Source: Opitutales bacterium (lineage in GTDB: Bacteria > Verrucomicrobiota > Verrucomicrobiia > Opitutales > PNEW01). From it: a DNA stretch of 32,000 bases. Below the pieces are notes generated by a model. The model saw only the letters and a program-made list of their open reading frames with translations. It was not told the origin of the DNA and made no database searches. This document shows positions 10,070 through 20,300 of the stretch, one piece after another (position 1 is the stretch's first letter; each line of letters starts with the position of its first letter). The stretch is from assembly GCA_965219535.1 (NCBI GenBank), contig CBDCNV010000001.1, forward strand, positions 1,830,001-1,862,000, given 5' to 3'. Made by a program: the position numbers and the translations under genes.

Positions 10070-10744
10070 CTACTCTTTAGGATAGAGAGATATGAGTTCG
10101 TCGATTGTCCAGGGATCGGCGCGTAATCCCTGTTCTTCACGGATCCCCGCAACTAAGTCCTCCGAAATGCTTGCTGCACTGTTTCCCCATTCCTGGCGGA
10201 CAAAACTAAGAACACCAGCAATATCACGGTCCTTAAGCAGGCTGCCTAGTGGCGGCATAACACTGTTGTAAACGGTGTCTCCCACTTGAATTGGCCCCAT
10301 CAGCCCTGAGAGGACTATATTGGCCGTAATTTTCTCATCACCTGTTACCCAATGTGAACCTACGAGTGGTGGGAATACTCCTGGAATCCCCGATCCAGTC
10401 GCCTGGTGACAAGCAATACAATCTCTATTATATATTTTCTTGCCATGAGCTAAGTAGTCAAAAGGGGGTGCGGGACCGGCCAATTGCGTCTTTTTCACGG
10501 GCTTCAAATGTTCGTTGTAAATGAGTGGATCAAACCCTCCTGAGTATTGAGCGATATATATACCTCCCCAAAAAACCAAAATCCCAAAAATAAATAACAT
10601 GAAAATAGGTAGTGGAGAAAGGCCTTCAGTTGGCTCCTCCTTTTCTCTCACCAGTTGGGCATGAACATCTTGCAATGCCTCATCAGGGTATTCTGATTTA
10701 TCAGTCGATAATCCGGGGTTGGTATGATCACTCGAGTGCTGCAT
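10070..10744 (-). CDS. Membrane-anchored monoheme class-I cytochrome c (occupies the CcoP position of the cbb3 cluster)
   Basis: 224 aa. Acidic N-terminus, one TM helix (LPIFMLFIFGILVFWGGIYIA), a single CIACH heme site and a distal ...NSVMPP... Met-ligand region. Last gene of the act-cco string. Confidence 0.8.
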   Translation of the reverse strand: MQHSSDHTNPGLSTDKSEYPDEALQDVHAQLVREKEEPTEGLSPLPIFMLFIFGILVFWGGIYIAQYSGGFDPLIYNEHLKPVKKTQLAGPAPPFDYLAHGKKIYNRDCIACHQATGSGIPGVFPPLVGSHWVTGDEKITANIVLSGLMGPIQVGDTVYNSVMPPLGSLLKDRDIAGVLSFVRQEWGNSAASISEDLVAGIREEQGLRADPWTIDELISLYPKE

Positions 10745-10762
10745 AGCTTCTTCTTTAAAAAT

Positions 10763-11410
10763 TTATTCCCGCTTCGCCTCGGGTAAATCATAATTCAGTT
10801 TTAGACTCATGAGATAAGCAACAAGAGCGTCTGCTCGGTGTCCTGGGACTACTTCATACCCCGCTTCTACCGCAAACTTTGGTGGCAGCTTAAGGGCGGA
10901 ATCTGAGGTTTCAGAACCTTTTATTTCGCGCTTTTCATAAAGAAAGGCGTATGGTGGCATGAGCGAACCTTGTGAAGTGATGGTTGGATTATAGAGGTGC
11001 AAATGATGCCAAGTAGGGATCGGGAGTCTATCCCCTACAGCCATTAAATCCGGACCTGTGCGCATCGTGCCGAGAAGGACGCGGTCCTGGTAAATATAAT
11101 CGCGGGCTACGGATTGTCTTCTCCCCCATGCACGCTCGTAGTCACTGCCGTAACCTTTCCGACGGACTTGCTGTGTGTGGCAGTACATACAACCTAAATC
11201 CATGTAGACTTTTTTCCCCTGTTCAGCGAGGCCGACAGGTTTTTGCGGATAGAGCGGATCTCCTTCAATCGGACCACCCGTTTCGGGGTCATACTGTTCC
11301 GTTGTCGGCTCGAGAGCTCCGTATTGAATTTGGTTGGTTAAAACAATACCGATCCAAGCGAATGCGAGGGTAAAAAAAATGCCGCAAAATGTTAAGGGTA
11401 GATTGTTCAT
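10763..11410 (-). CDS. ccoO: cbb3-type cytochrome c oxidase subunit II (monoheme, FixO/CcoO)
   Basis: 215 aa. N-terminal TM helix, then CMYCHTQQVRR...GTMRTGPDL...WHHLHLYNPT...SLMPPY, the characteristic CcoO pattern. Confidence 0.88.
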   Translation of the reverse strand: MNNLPLTFCGIFFTLAFAWIGIVLTNQIQYGALEPTTEQYDPETGGPIEGDPLYPQKPVGLAEQGKKVYMDLGCMYCHTQQVRRKGYGSDYERAWGRRQSVARDYIYQDRVLLGTMRTGPDLMAVGDRLPIPTWHHLHLYNPTITSQGSLMPPYAFLYEKREIKGSETSDSALKLPPKFAVEAGYEVVPGHRADALVAYLMSLKLNYDLPEAKRE

Positions 11411-11421
11411 TTAATTTCCTA

Positions 11422-12861
11422 TTACCGAGACTGTTTTGAAGCAAAAAGAGTTGGGGTGCCGATTACATCCTTCTGCCCCTGGCGGAAGAATACGATCCAA
11501 AATACATTAACTGCAAAAGCGAGATGAGCGATGGCTAAAAAGAATCCGGATACGGTTCTTGCCTTCAGCCAGGGCACGGTTCCTTTCATGACTTCAATAA
11601 AGGGAATTTCTGGATTGTTCATTTCTAGCCCCTGGATCCAGCCGCCTACATGTAAAGTGACAATCATTATTGTGATGCCCAAAGCGGCAAACCAGAAATG
11701 ACAGGTGATTAAAATCTTAGAGGGCCATTCCCGATAAAGTAGTCGGGGTAAAATAAAATAAATGCTACCAAACATTATCATCGTAAAAAATGCATACACC
11801 CCATGATGAGCGTGGCCTACGGTCAAATGAGTGAAATGTGAAATTTCACTCACCGAACGCAAGGACATCGTCGAACCAATAAAACTGACAAGGGTGTAAG
11901 ACATTGCCCCAAAGACAACAAAACGAAGGGTGGGACTTTCAATGACTTGTCTGAAATGCCCAATCGCAGTCATATGGTGATTAATAGCAGTAACAATTAC
12001 GGGGATGACCATCATTACACTGGCGACGATTCCCGAGGATATAACCCAGGCGGGGACAGGCCCGCCGACGATATGGTGCACCCCTGCCCAATTATAAAAA
12101 AGAGCCAGTGTCCAAAAGCCAAGGATTGAGAGATAGTAACTGTGGATCGGCCGGCCTATGACTTTTGGAATAAAATAATAAGCGGCAGCGAGGGCCATAG
12201 GTGTAAGCCATAGACCAAGAACATTATGGGCAAACCACCAATTCGTCAGTGATTGAACCGTCCCGCGAGCAGGTTCAAATAAGATCATTATTTGAGCGAC
12301 CGAGTAGATCCAGGGGAACCAGAAAAGTGCACCTAGGATATACCATTGTGAGACGTAAATATGTTCCGATTGGCGATAGCGGAAAGCGATGATTCCCCAC
12401 ACACCTATTAAGGCGTAGGCGATGGCCAAGAGGGGCGTGATGTAGGTAGGCATTTCGAGCCATTCCACAGATGTCATATCCCCGATAAAAATACCTGCTA
12501 TTCCTATTGTTATCGCGATATTCCAGAAAATACCGGCAACAATAAGTAACCCGAGATGGCGAATTTCTGTTCTACAGAGCCTTGCCATAATCCACAGGCC
12601 AACAGCAAAAATGGTATTATTACACCAGCCATAGATCACGGCATTCAAATGTGCAGACCGTGTTCGACCAAATGTCAGCCATTCCCAATTTCCCAAAAAA
12701 TTAGGATTATGCATTTTGTAAGATGAAATTAAGCCTAATGCGGTCCCGGCCAATAGCCAGAGTATAGCTGAAATGATAAAGAATAAAGCAGGCCACTTCA
12801 TTGATTGATCAATCTCACTGAGTTTGATTCTCATGTCTGTGTTTGAGTCTGCTGCACTCAT
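11422..12861 (-). CDS. ccoN: cbb3-type cytochrome c oxidase subunit I (C-family heme-copper oxidase)
   Basis: 479 aa, about 12 TM helices. Conserved His-containing segments RSAHLNAVIYGW, WFAHNVLGLW, WAGVHHIVGGP and LTVGHAHHGVYAFF. Sits directly upstream of ccoO. Confidence 0.9.
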   Translation of the reverse strand: MSAADSNTDMRIKLSEIDQSMKWPALFFIISAILWLLAGTALGLISSYKMHNPNFLGNWEWLTFGRTRSAHLNAVIYGWCNNTIFAVGLWIMARLCRTEIRHLGLLIVAGIFWNIAITIGIAGIFIGDMTSVEWLEMPTYITPLLAIAYALIGVWGIIAFRYRQSEHIYVSQWYILGALFWFPWIYSVAQIMILFEPARGTVQSLTNWWFAHNVLGLWLTPMALAAAYYFIPKVIGRPIHSYYLSILGFWTLALFYNWAGVHHIVGGPVPAWVISSGIVASVMMVIPVIVTAINHHMTAIGHFRQVIESPTLRFVVFGAMSYTLVSFIGSTMSLRSVSEISHFTHLTVGHAHHGVYAFFTMIMFGSIYFILPRLLYREWPSKILITCHFWFAALGITIMIVTLHVGGWIQGLEMNNPEIPFIEVMKGTVPWLKARTVSGFFLAIAHLAFAVNVFWIVFFRQGQKDVIGTPTLFASKQSR

Positions 12862-12889
12862 TTTGTAATACTATTCGTGTCAGATTTAA

Positions 12890-13078
12890 TTACTTGTGAC
12901 CGGGGAAAAAGTCAGTCTGTTTGCCGAGAGGTTCTTCATCGTCGAAAATGCTACATGCGCCTTTTTCGAATTCATGGAATTGGCCATTCTTTGAGGCCCA
13001 ATGAAAAGCGTATAGGGCCGAAGCAAAAAATAACCCCGCGAGAATAAAACCGATAATTATATAGGAGTACCAATCCAT
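12890..13078 (-). CDS. ccoS: cbb3 oxidase maturation protein CcoS/FixS
   Basis: 62 aa. One TM helix followed by FHWASKNGQFHEFEKGACSIFDDE, matching the CcoS consensus (W..K.GQFDD.E..A.RIL.DD). Confidence 0.78.
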   Translation of the reverse strand: MDWYSYIIIGFILAGLFFASALYAFHWASKNGQFHEFEKGACSIFDDEEPLGKQTDFFPGHK

Positions 13079-13081
13079 AAT

Positions 13082-13441
13082 TTAATTACCTGGGCCAATT
13101 ACTTGCGGGGCGTATGCTTTTACCTTTGATGCTTCTGGTTGAGAGTCCTCAAGTTCCTTGACCTGTAACAACGCCGCTTCACTCACAGGGATTTGAACAA
13201 TATTCTTTGATTGATTTACCCAGCCATAGCTGTCAATTGTGCTCTGTTGCTTGGTTTCAACTTCATTTAATGTTTCAAGATGCGCTGCACTCTGGTTTTC
13301 CCCGATTGCCGGGGGGCGATTCGGGTAGTAGGCAATTAATACAATGATTAAAAAAAGCGCGATAACACCAATCCACCCAAGTGCTGAGAACAAGGTAGAC
13401 GAATCTGATAAACGTGAACTATCGGATTGTTGATTATTCAT
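13082..13441 (-). CDS. Hypothetical single-pass membrane protein between actF and ccoS
   Basis: The ATG at 13441 overlaps the actF stop by 8 nt; the ORF track extends to a TTG at 13459. One TM helix (LFSALGWIGVIALFLIIVLIAYY) plus a soluble tail of about 70 aa. I recognise no family. Called coding from operon position and coupling only. Confidence 0.5.
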   Translation of the reverse strand: MNNQQSDSSRLSDSSTLFSALGWIGVIALFLIIVLIAYYPNRPPAIGENQSAAHLETLNEVETKQQSTIDSYGWVNQSKNIVQIPVSEAALLQVKELEDSQPEASKVKAYAPQVIGPGN

Positions 13442-14723
13442 GGGCGTTAATAGATTCAAGAATACGAGGATCGCGAAGAGGAATGGGTTGATTTTTTTTC
13501 ATGCTCCTCAAGTAAGCCCAGACGCATATACCGCCCGCGCCCAAAATCATGCTGATGTCCCAGGGTGAAATCCCGAATTGGCGTATGGTGTCGCCCGTCT
13601 CCAGATGGATTTTACCGGGTAATATATTCCAATAAAGATCCAGTAAGTGAACGATTAGAATCCAAACAGAGATGAAGACAATACGCAGGCCAAATTTGTT
13701 ATTATACCAGAGAAGCCATAAAAAAGGGAAAAAGAAGTGGCAGAATAATAGCCCCATGCTTACCCACCACCATGAATTTTTTGCGCCATCGGGATTGATC
13801 TCCCTTATATTATACCAAAACGTTTCCTCAGGTATGTTGGCGTTATACACGAGGAAATATTGTGAAAAACTGATATAGGCCCAAAAAACTGTAAAGGCTA
13901 GCATCAAGCAACCGAGGTAGTAAAAATGGGCGTTTGTGAGGACCCCTTTAAGGTGACCTCGCGTTCGCGACAAGTAACAGACAATAACTATTGCCGCTAA
14001 AGAGGATAAGATGGAGGAGGTAAAAAACCATACGCCATACATCGTAGAAAACCAGTGGTACTCCAGTGATTTTAACCAGTCGATAGAGGCAAATGTCAGT
14101 GATAATGATGTAACGATAATACCAATAGCGGCAAAGATCCTACAACGGCGAATATGTTTGAGATCGCCATCCTGATCCATGGAAAAAGAAGACGAGCGAA
14201 ATATCTCCGCTAGTCCAATCCAGATAAAGAAGAAAAATATAGCGCGAAGGATAAAGAATTTAGAACTCAGGTAAGCAGATTTAGCCTGGTATAAGACATC
14301 GATTTCGAGACCTTCACCTGTGTTCAGAGCTTTTTCCTCGTTCAACCATCCCCAGAGGATCCCGGGATTTTTATCGTGAAACAAGCTGATGAGCAATAGA
14401 GGAGAAAATACTAGCGCGAGCCACTTCAATCCAGATACGGCATGTTCAAATTGGCGACGGACAATTACCGACCAACCAGAATCAAACAAATAAAAAAGCA
14501 TAATAAAATAAAGGGAGCCCATTAAAATCGAAAACCAAAAACTAAATCCAATGAGCCAGCCCAGCAAGGGTCTCGGGTCAGATTCACTCAAGCCCTTAAA
14601 TAAACCGACAATTGAAATACCAAGTCCAATGATGCCAATAATCAAGGCATAGGTGGATAGATTGTTATCTCCTTTTGCAGGCGCGGCAGTTGCGATGCTT
14701 GGGGCTGCGGATTCAGCGTTCAT
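13434..14723 (-). CDS. actF: Alternative Complex III subunit ActF (polytopic membrane subunit)
   Basis: 429 aa, about 10 TM helices. The ATG forms an ATGA overlap with the actE stop. Position after actE matches the canonical actABCDEF order. Confidence 0.75.
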   Translation of the reverse strand: MNAESAAPSIATAAPAKGDNNLSTYALIIGIIGLGISIVGLFKGLSESDPRPLLGWLIGFSFWFSILMGSLYFIMLFYLFDSGWSVIVRRQFEHAVSGLKWLALVFSPLLLISLFHDKNPGILWGWLNEEKALNTGEGLEIDVLYQAKSAYLSSKFFILRAIFFFFIWIGLAEIFRSSSFSMDQDGDLKHIRRCRIFAAIGIIVTSLSLTFASIDWLKSLEYHWFSTMYGVWFFTSSILSSLAAIVIVCYLSRTRGHLKGVLTNAHFYYLGCLMLAFTVFWAYISFSQYFLVYNANIPEETFWYNIREINPDGAKNSWWWVSMGLLFCHFFFPFLWLLWYNNKFGLRIVFISVWILIVHLLDLYWNILPGKIHLETGDTIRQFGISPWDISMILGAGGICVWAYLRSMKKNQPIPLRDPRILESINAHE

Positions 14724-15328
14724 AGTCCAAGGACTCCTCTGCTATCTTGCGGCACGTCTTCTGGTCGGGCATTCTGCGATCTTTGCAGCGTACGAATGTA
14801 GGCAATGACCGCCCAGCGTTCATGAATCCTTAACTTAACTCCATAAGCCCCCATCGTATTCCGGCCATATGTTATGGTGTTAAATATCTCACCTTCCGGC
14901 ATCCCGCGTAAGCGATCACTGTGATAAGTAGGGGTTGCAATCATGCCATAGCTTTTCGTGATACCATTACCATCGCCCGACAGCCCGTGGCAGATACTGC
15001 AGTGTATATTAAATTTTTCCTCTCCCAATTGTATTAGCTCGTGGTTTACGGTAACGGGGAACCCTTTTCCCCACTGATCACTAATCTTTCCTGAGGTAAA
15101 ATACTGATCTTCATTAAAAGAACCTGCGGCGACCGTGCCCGGCACAGCGGGGCGGTCCGCCATACCATCTGCAAAAAAAGAATTTTCTGCTTGGGGTTTA
15201 TATTTACCCATACGATCCATATCAGGAAATACTTCAAGCGGGGGCTTTAGCGCTTTAGATCCGCGAAACCCCATAATTGAGATCGTCGCTATAATAAGAA
15301 AAATAAAAATGATAATGAAATAACGCAT
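14720..15328 (-). CDS. actE: Alternative Complex III monoheme cytochrome c subunit ActE
   Basis: 202 aa. N-terminal anchor, the conserved EVFPDMDRMGKYKPQ...FFADG...RP.VPGTVA stretch, and a single CSICH heme motif. Confidence 0.82.
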   Translation of the reverse strand: MRYFIIIFIFLIIATISIMGFRGSKALKPPLEVFPDMDRMGKYKPQAENSFFADGMADRPAVPGTVAAGSFNEDQYFTSGKISDQWGKGFPVTVNHELIQLGEEKFNIHCSICHGLSGDGNGITKSYGMIATPTYHSDRLRGMPEGEIFNTITYGRNTMGAYGVKLRIHERWAVIAYIRTLQRSQNARPEDVPQDSRGVLGL

Positions 15329-15862
15329 CTATTCTTCCAAAGCTGTTATATCCTTTCCTCCGATTTCTTCGAGAAGGGACTTAGTTTTGATTTCATCGTA
15401 GAGGTTATCACTGGATTCGATAACAATGATAAATTTATCGTCAGTTACCTTGTTAAAGTTACTATAATTCATAGTGGGGTGATAATGCCGGGGCAGGAAG
15501 TTTGTAAGAAACATTCCAAAAAATGCCCCAAAGGCCGCGAGGAGTATAGTCATTTCGTAAATTACGGGAAAAGGATAGATCGGGCTGAAATATGGTTTAG
15601 CGCCTACAATTAAAGGATAGTCAAAATCGTTCATAAACCAGACCATGAGCATTCCAAGAAAGAATCCACTCACACCACCCATGAGACAAAAAAATGTAAC
15701 TTTCGAGCGCTTCAGTCCCATCGCCTCGTCCATCCCGTGTATAGGAAAGGGTGTATAGACATCCCATTTTTTGTACCCGGCATCACGAACTTTTTCCGCT
15801 GCATGATAAATGTCCGCCGCGGTATCGAAAAGAGCTACCTGACCATATGGAATTTCTGCCAT
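15329..15862 (-). CDS. actD: Alternative Complex III subunit ActD (DUF3341)
   Basis: 177 aa. ALFDTAADIYHAAEKVRDAGYKKWDVYTPFPIHGMDEAMG followed by two TM helices, which is the typical DUF3341/ActD architecture. Abuts actE with no gap. Confidence 0.82.
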   Translation of the reverse strand: MAEIPYGQVALFDTAADIYHAAEKVRDAGYKKWDVYTPFPIHGMDEAMGLKRSKVTFFCLMGGVSGFFLGMLMVWFMNDFDYPLIVGAKPYFSPIYPFPVIYEMTILLAAFGAFFGMFLTNFLPRHYHPTMNYSNFNKVTDDKFIIVIESSDNLYDEIKTKSLLEEIGGKDITALEE

Positions 15863-15884
15863 AGGTTAAATGGAGTAAGATAAA

Positions 15885-17300
15885 TTAATGGTGATCATTG
15901 TGAGGATTGGCCTGCGGGGTAACTGCCTTAATTTCCGCAAAAGCCATGAGGGGAAGAAAGCGTAGAAATAAAAGAAAAAGCAGGGAGAAAAAGCCAAAGG
16001 TGCCTATGAAGATAAAGATATCGACAATAGTTGGGGTAAAATAATCCCAGTTAGCGGGCATGAATTCGTTCGCGAGCGAAGTGACAATGATGACGAACCG
16101 TTCAAACCACATCCCGATGTTTACAAATATGGCGACGACGAAGACAAATGCCGCATTTTCGCGCACTTTTTTAAACCAGAAAAGTTGCGGTGAAATCACA
16201 TTGCAGCTTATCATAATCCAGTAAGCCCAGGCATAAGGTCCAAATGCCCGGTTAATAAAAGCGAATCCCTCATAGGGATTGGCTCCATACCAGGCAATGA
16301 AGAATTCAATCATGTAAGCGTAGCCGACCATGCTCCCCGTGGCCAGGGTGATTTTGCAGATGCAATCTATATGATGCTGTGTAATTAAATCATGCAGTTT
16401 ATAGATCGCCCTTATAGGAAGGACGAGAGTCAAAACCATTCCAAATCCAGAGAAAATAGCGCCGGCAACAAAGTAAGGGGGTAGGATGGTGGTGTGCCAA
16501 CCCGGTAAATTAGCGACCGCAAAATCAAAGGATACGATTGTATGCACCGATAACACAAGTGGTGTGCTTAAGCCGGCTAAAAGGAGATACGCCATTTCGT
16601 AATTACTCCAGTGTCGGTTGGAACCACGCCATCCCATCGCTAAAAGACCATAAAAGATTTGTCTCCACTTCTGAGTTGCACGATCGCGCAAGGTCGCCAG
16701 ATCGGGGATCATCCCCATATACCAAAATAATACCGAAACCGTGGCATAGGTAGAGACGGCAAAAACATCCCACTCAAGAGGGCTGCGAAAATTAGGCCAG
16801 ATTCCATTAGCATTTGGCAGAGGGAAGAGCCACCAGGCAAACCAGATTCTACCCATGTGGAACAATGGAAATATTCCCGCGCACATTACAGCAAATATGG
16901 TCATCGCTTCCGCCGCGCGATTTATAGAAGTGCGCCACTCCTGTTTAAGGAGACAAAGGATTGCAGAGATTAGTGTTCCCGCATGTCCGATGCCGATCCA
17001 AAAGACAAAGTTGACGATTGCCCAACCCCACATCACAGGTCCGCGCAATCCCCAAACACCTACGCCAGTGAATATAAGATAGGCCAAACCTATACCTGTA
17101 AAAGATGCGATAAAGCCTGTAACACAGAAACAAACCCACCACCATAATGGAGTCTTGTCTTCAACGATTCCGCATATCTTTTCCGTAATCCAGTGAAAAC
17201 TCCGATCATTTTCCACTAAGGGTCGACGGGGAAGATCACTGGGCTTTGCTTGTTCCAGGATAGCCGTTTTTGTGGGATTCATTTCCTCAATGTAGGACAT
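15885..17300 (-). CDS. actC: Alternative Complex III quinol-interacting membrane subunit ActC (NrfD/PsrC-like)
   Basis: 471 aa, about 10 TM helices. NrfD-family look ([41 protein letters not shown]). Follows actB. Confidence 0.88.
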   Translation of the reverse strand: MSYIEEMNPTKTAILEQAKPSDLPRRPLVENDRSFHWITEKICGIVEDKTPLWWWVCFCVTGFIASFTGIGLAYLIFTGVGVWGLRGPVMWGWAIVNFVFWIGIGHAGTLISAILCLLKQEWRTSINRAAEAMTIFAVMCAGIFPLFHMGRIWFAWWLFPLPNANGIWPNFRSPLEWDVFAVSTYATVSVLFWYMGMIPDLATLRDRATQKWRQIFYGLLAMGWRGSNRHWSNYEMAYLLLAGLSTPLVLSVHTIVSFDFAVANLPGWHTTILPPYFVAGAIFSGFGMVLTLVLPIRAIYKLHDLITQHHIDCICKITLATGSMVGYAYMIEFFIAWYGANPYEGFAFINRAFGPYAWAYWIMISCNVISPQLFWFKKVRENAAFVFVVAIFVNIGMWFERFVIIVTSLANEFMPANWDYFTPTIVDIFIFIGTFGFFSLLFLLFLRFLPLMAFAEIKAVTPQANPHNDHH

Positions 17301-17334
17301 AAGGTAAAAGTATTTATCAGACTATTTCTTGCTC

Positions 17335-20300
17335 TCAGGTGTTATGTGTGTCGTTTGCATGATCCTCATCAGGAGCTTCATTATGATGATCTTCATGACC
17401 ATTGCCATTTTCATGGTTATCTTCCCCGTGAGCACCATGCCCAAATTGATTTTCATATTCCATTCTACTTAGCGGCATTTCTTTGTAGTCAGGCATACGG
17501 GGGTTTGGATTGCGTAGACGCGCGAGATAAGTGGTGCGCGGTCTTGTATTGAGATAACCCAGGACAGAATAGTCACGATCGAAGGTTTTAGTGATCGAAA
17601 CTTTACTTTCAGGGTCACTGATATCTCCAAATACAATGGAGTCTGTAGGACAAACCTGCTGGCAGGCAGTTTTAATCGTCCCATCTGGAACTTTAATATC
17701 ACCCGAGTCACGGGCTTTTACCTTAGCGTTTATCTTAGCCTCCTGGATGCGCTGCTGACAGTAAGTACACTTTTCCATTACCCCTCGCATGCGCACCGAT
17801 ACATCAGGGTTCTTCTGCATCTTCTCCAATTCCGTCATACCACCGGGTCCTAGCGGACCTTCATAAAAACTGCCGATATCCCTTTTATTCCAATCGAAGA
17901 AATTAAATCTGCGCACTTTATAAGGGCAATTATTTGAGCAGTAGCGCGTCCCGACGCAGCGATTATAGGACATTACATTCAAGCCCTCATCATCATGAAC
18001 GGTAGCATTCACAGGACAAACCTGTTCACAGGGTGCTGTTTCGCAATGCATGCACATGACAGGCTGTAAGGTCGCTTGAGGATCTTCAGGGATCTCTCGT
18101 TTATGGCTATCAATATCACCACTCGAGTAATAGCGATCGAATCTCAACCAATGCATTTCACGGCCGCGTGTTACCTGGTCCTTACCAACGATCGGAATAT
18201 TATTTTCACTCTGACAGGCGACAATACAGGCACTACAAGCGGTGCAGGTATTAAGATCTATACTCATGCCCCATTGGTGATCACCGCCAAATTGAGGAAT
18301 CTCATACGCGGAAGCTCCTCGGGGTTGTTGCGCCACTTTTTCCTGCAAACTTAGATCCGAGTCATTTCCGTAAATAGGGGGTGAGTGTGGTTCCAAGCCC
18401 ATTTTATCTACAAAGTCGGGATGTTTGCTATAGTCCTCGACATTCGCTTCACGAACAATGGCTCTTCCTTCCATGGACCAGTGCTCTTGAGTGTTTGCCA
18501 GAAGATAAGGTTTGTCCGTAATATTCAGATTAGCTCCAGAGACATATCCGGGTGATTGCGTATTAACTAAAGGGTATGCGGTAAAACCGGTTCCTTTTCC
18601 AATACGACCGACTTTTGTGCGACCATATCCCAGGGGTATAACAACTGTGTAATTAGCCAAGCCAGGTTGGATATGTATCGGCCCACGAACAGTTGTTCCA
18701 CCAATTGTTATTTCACCAAGTGGGGCGACTTCACGACCCATTTTAAAGGTCGCGGTTTTCTTTGAAGCGATTTGTTTGAAGGAATTCTGTTCAGGATCAT
18801 AACCGATATCTTTAGCTAAACGCGGACTGATTGAAATCGCGTTATCCCAAGTGAGTTTGGTCATCCCCTCGGGACATTCTTGTAACCATCCATTATTATT
18901 ATAAGATCCATCCCACATTCTTGGACTGGGGATAATCCGTACTTCAAGTTGGTCACTTGAAACTTGAGCGGGCCGAAAATATCCCGTCGCCACCGTTCGC
19001 TTTATACGGCTCTGGTTGACGGTAACAGGTATGTTCGCGAATCTGCTGTTTTTTAGCACTCCATCACTCAAAAATCGATTAAAGCCCCTTTCTTTATCTG
19101 TTTCATCGGACAGATTGGTGATTGTTTCTTTAACGAGGGCATAGGGATCAGTCTCGTCCATGCCGGCTAGACGTGCCAGGAGTTCGATCTCCTGCATACC
19201 TTCAAAAAGAGGGCGTATCATCGGCTGTACAGGCACAACTGTGCCATCAAATGTTCGGCCATCACTCCACGATTCAAGATAATGGGTAGCCGAAATATGA
19301 TGCGTTGCTTCTATGGAGGTTTCATCAAAAAAGTAACCATAACGGACGACTTCATTGACTGATTTTTGAAGCTCCAACCAGTTTAAATCAGCGGGTGCAT
19401 TATAAGCGGGATTACCACCTACGATAATAAGCGTTTCAATTCTACCATTTTCCAGGGCTAAGCCCAGATCCTGAATCGTGCTGGCACTATAATTTGGAAG
19501 ATTGAGATAATTGACTGTATGACCGTTAGCTCCGAGCAAATCATTGATAAAAAATACCAATTCATGAACTTCAATCGGCTGGTGACTACCCGTGGTAACC
19601 ACGGCTTTACCGGGATATGCGAGAAGGTCTGCTACACATTCTTCAATCCAGTGCGCATCCGTCTCCAGCCCAGCGGCCTTTTTTTGCAATTCCTCTGAAA
19701 GAGGAGAATCAATGGATTTTTGTTTGAGTAATTCAATGGTTAGCAGCGCGGTAAATGCGGGAATTTGCCCACTGGACAATCGCAGTCTATGATCAGCCAT
19801 GGCGCCAGTTAAACTGAAATTACTTTCAGCTTGGTAGAGCCGATTCATATTTTCCGCTTCTTGGCTGCTGTTAACCCTGCGGGCAGCGGCAAAATCACGA
19901 GAATTACCAAGTTGACCGGGCTCGCTATTCAAAAAGTCTGCATCTAGTGATAATATGCGTTTTGCTTTTCTAAAATTATATTGAGGTCGAAGGGGGCGAC
20001 CAAAGAGACGGCGCGTCGCAATTTCCGGATTATCGAAATTGATGGGTTCATATTCTGCCCACGTGGATCGAGGAAAAATCTTTTTGATTTGCTCTACGAT
20101 GCGGTTGCGAGTGGGAGAAGTGGATTGTTCAGCGAGAAATGCGAGCCCTTGACCCTCGGTTGACACGAATTTATCATGAATTTCTTTAAGTAAATCGTAA
20201 ACTCTTCCTTGAGTGATGCTCCGCGTGCCTTCACTGCTTTTAGTCGAACGATCCGGGTCATAAAGATCTAAAACACTAGCCTGAGAGAAGATATCAGTGG

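Noticed and set aside
10036-10079. Inverted repeat TAAAGAG...CTCTTTA spanning the deoA and cytochrome c stop codons, considered as a bidirectional terminator.
   Set aside because: It is an AT-rich 7-bp stem with a 30-nt loop and no T-tract, so it would be thermodynamically weak and is probably coincidental.
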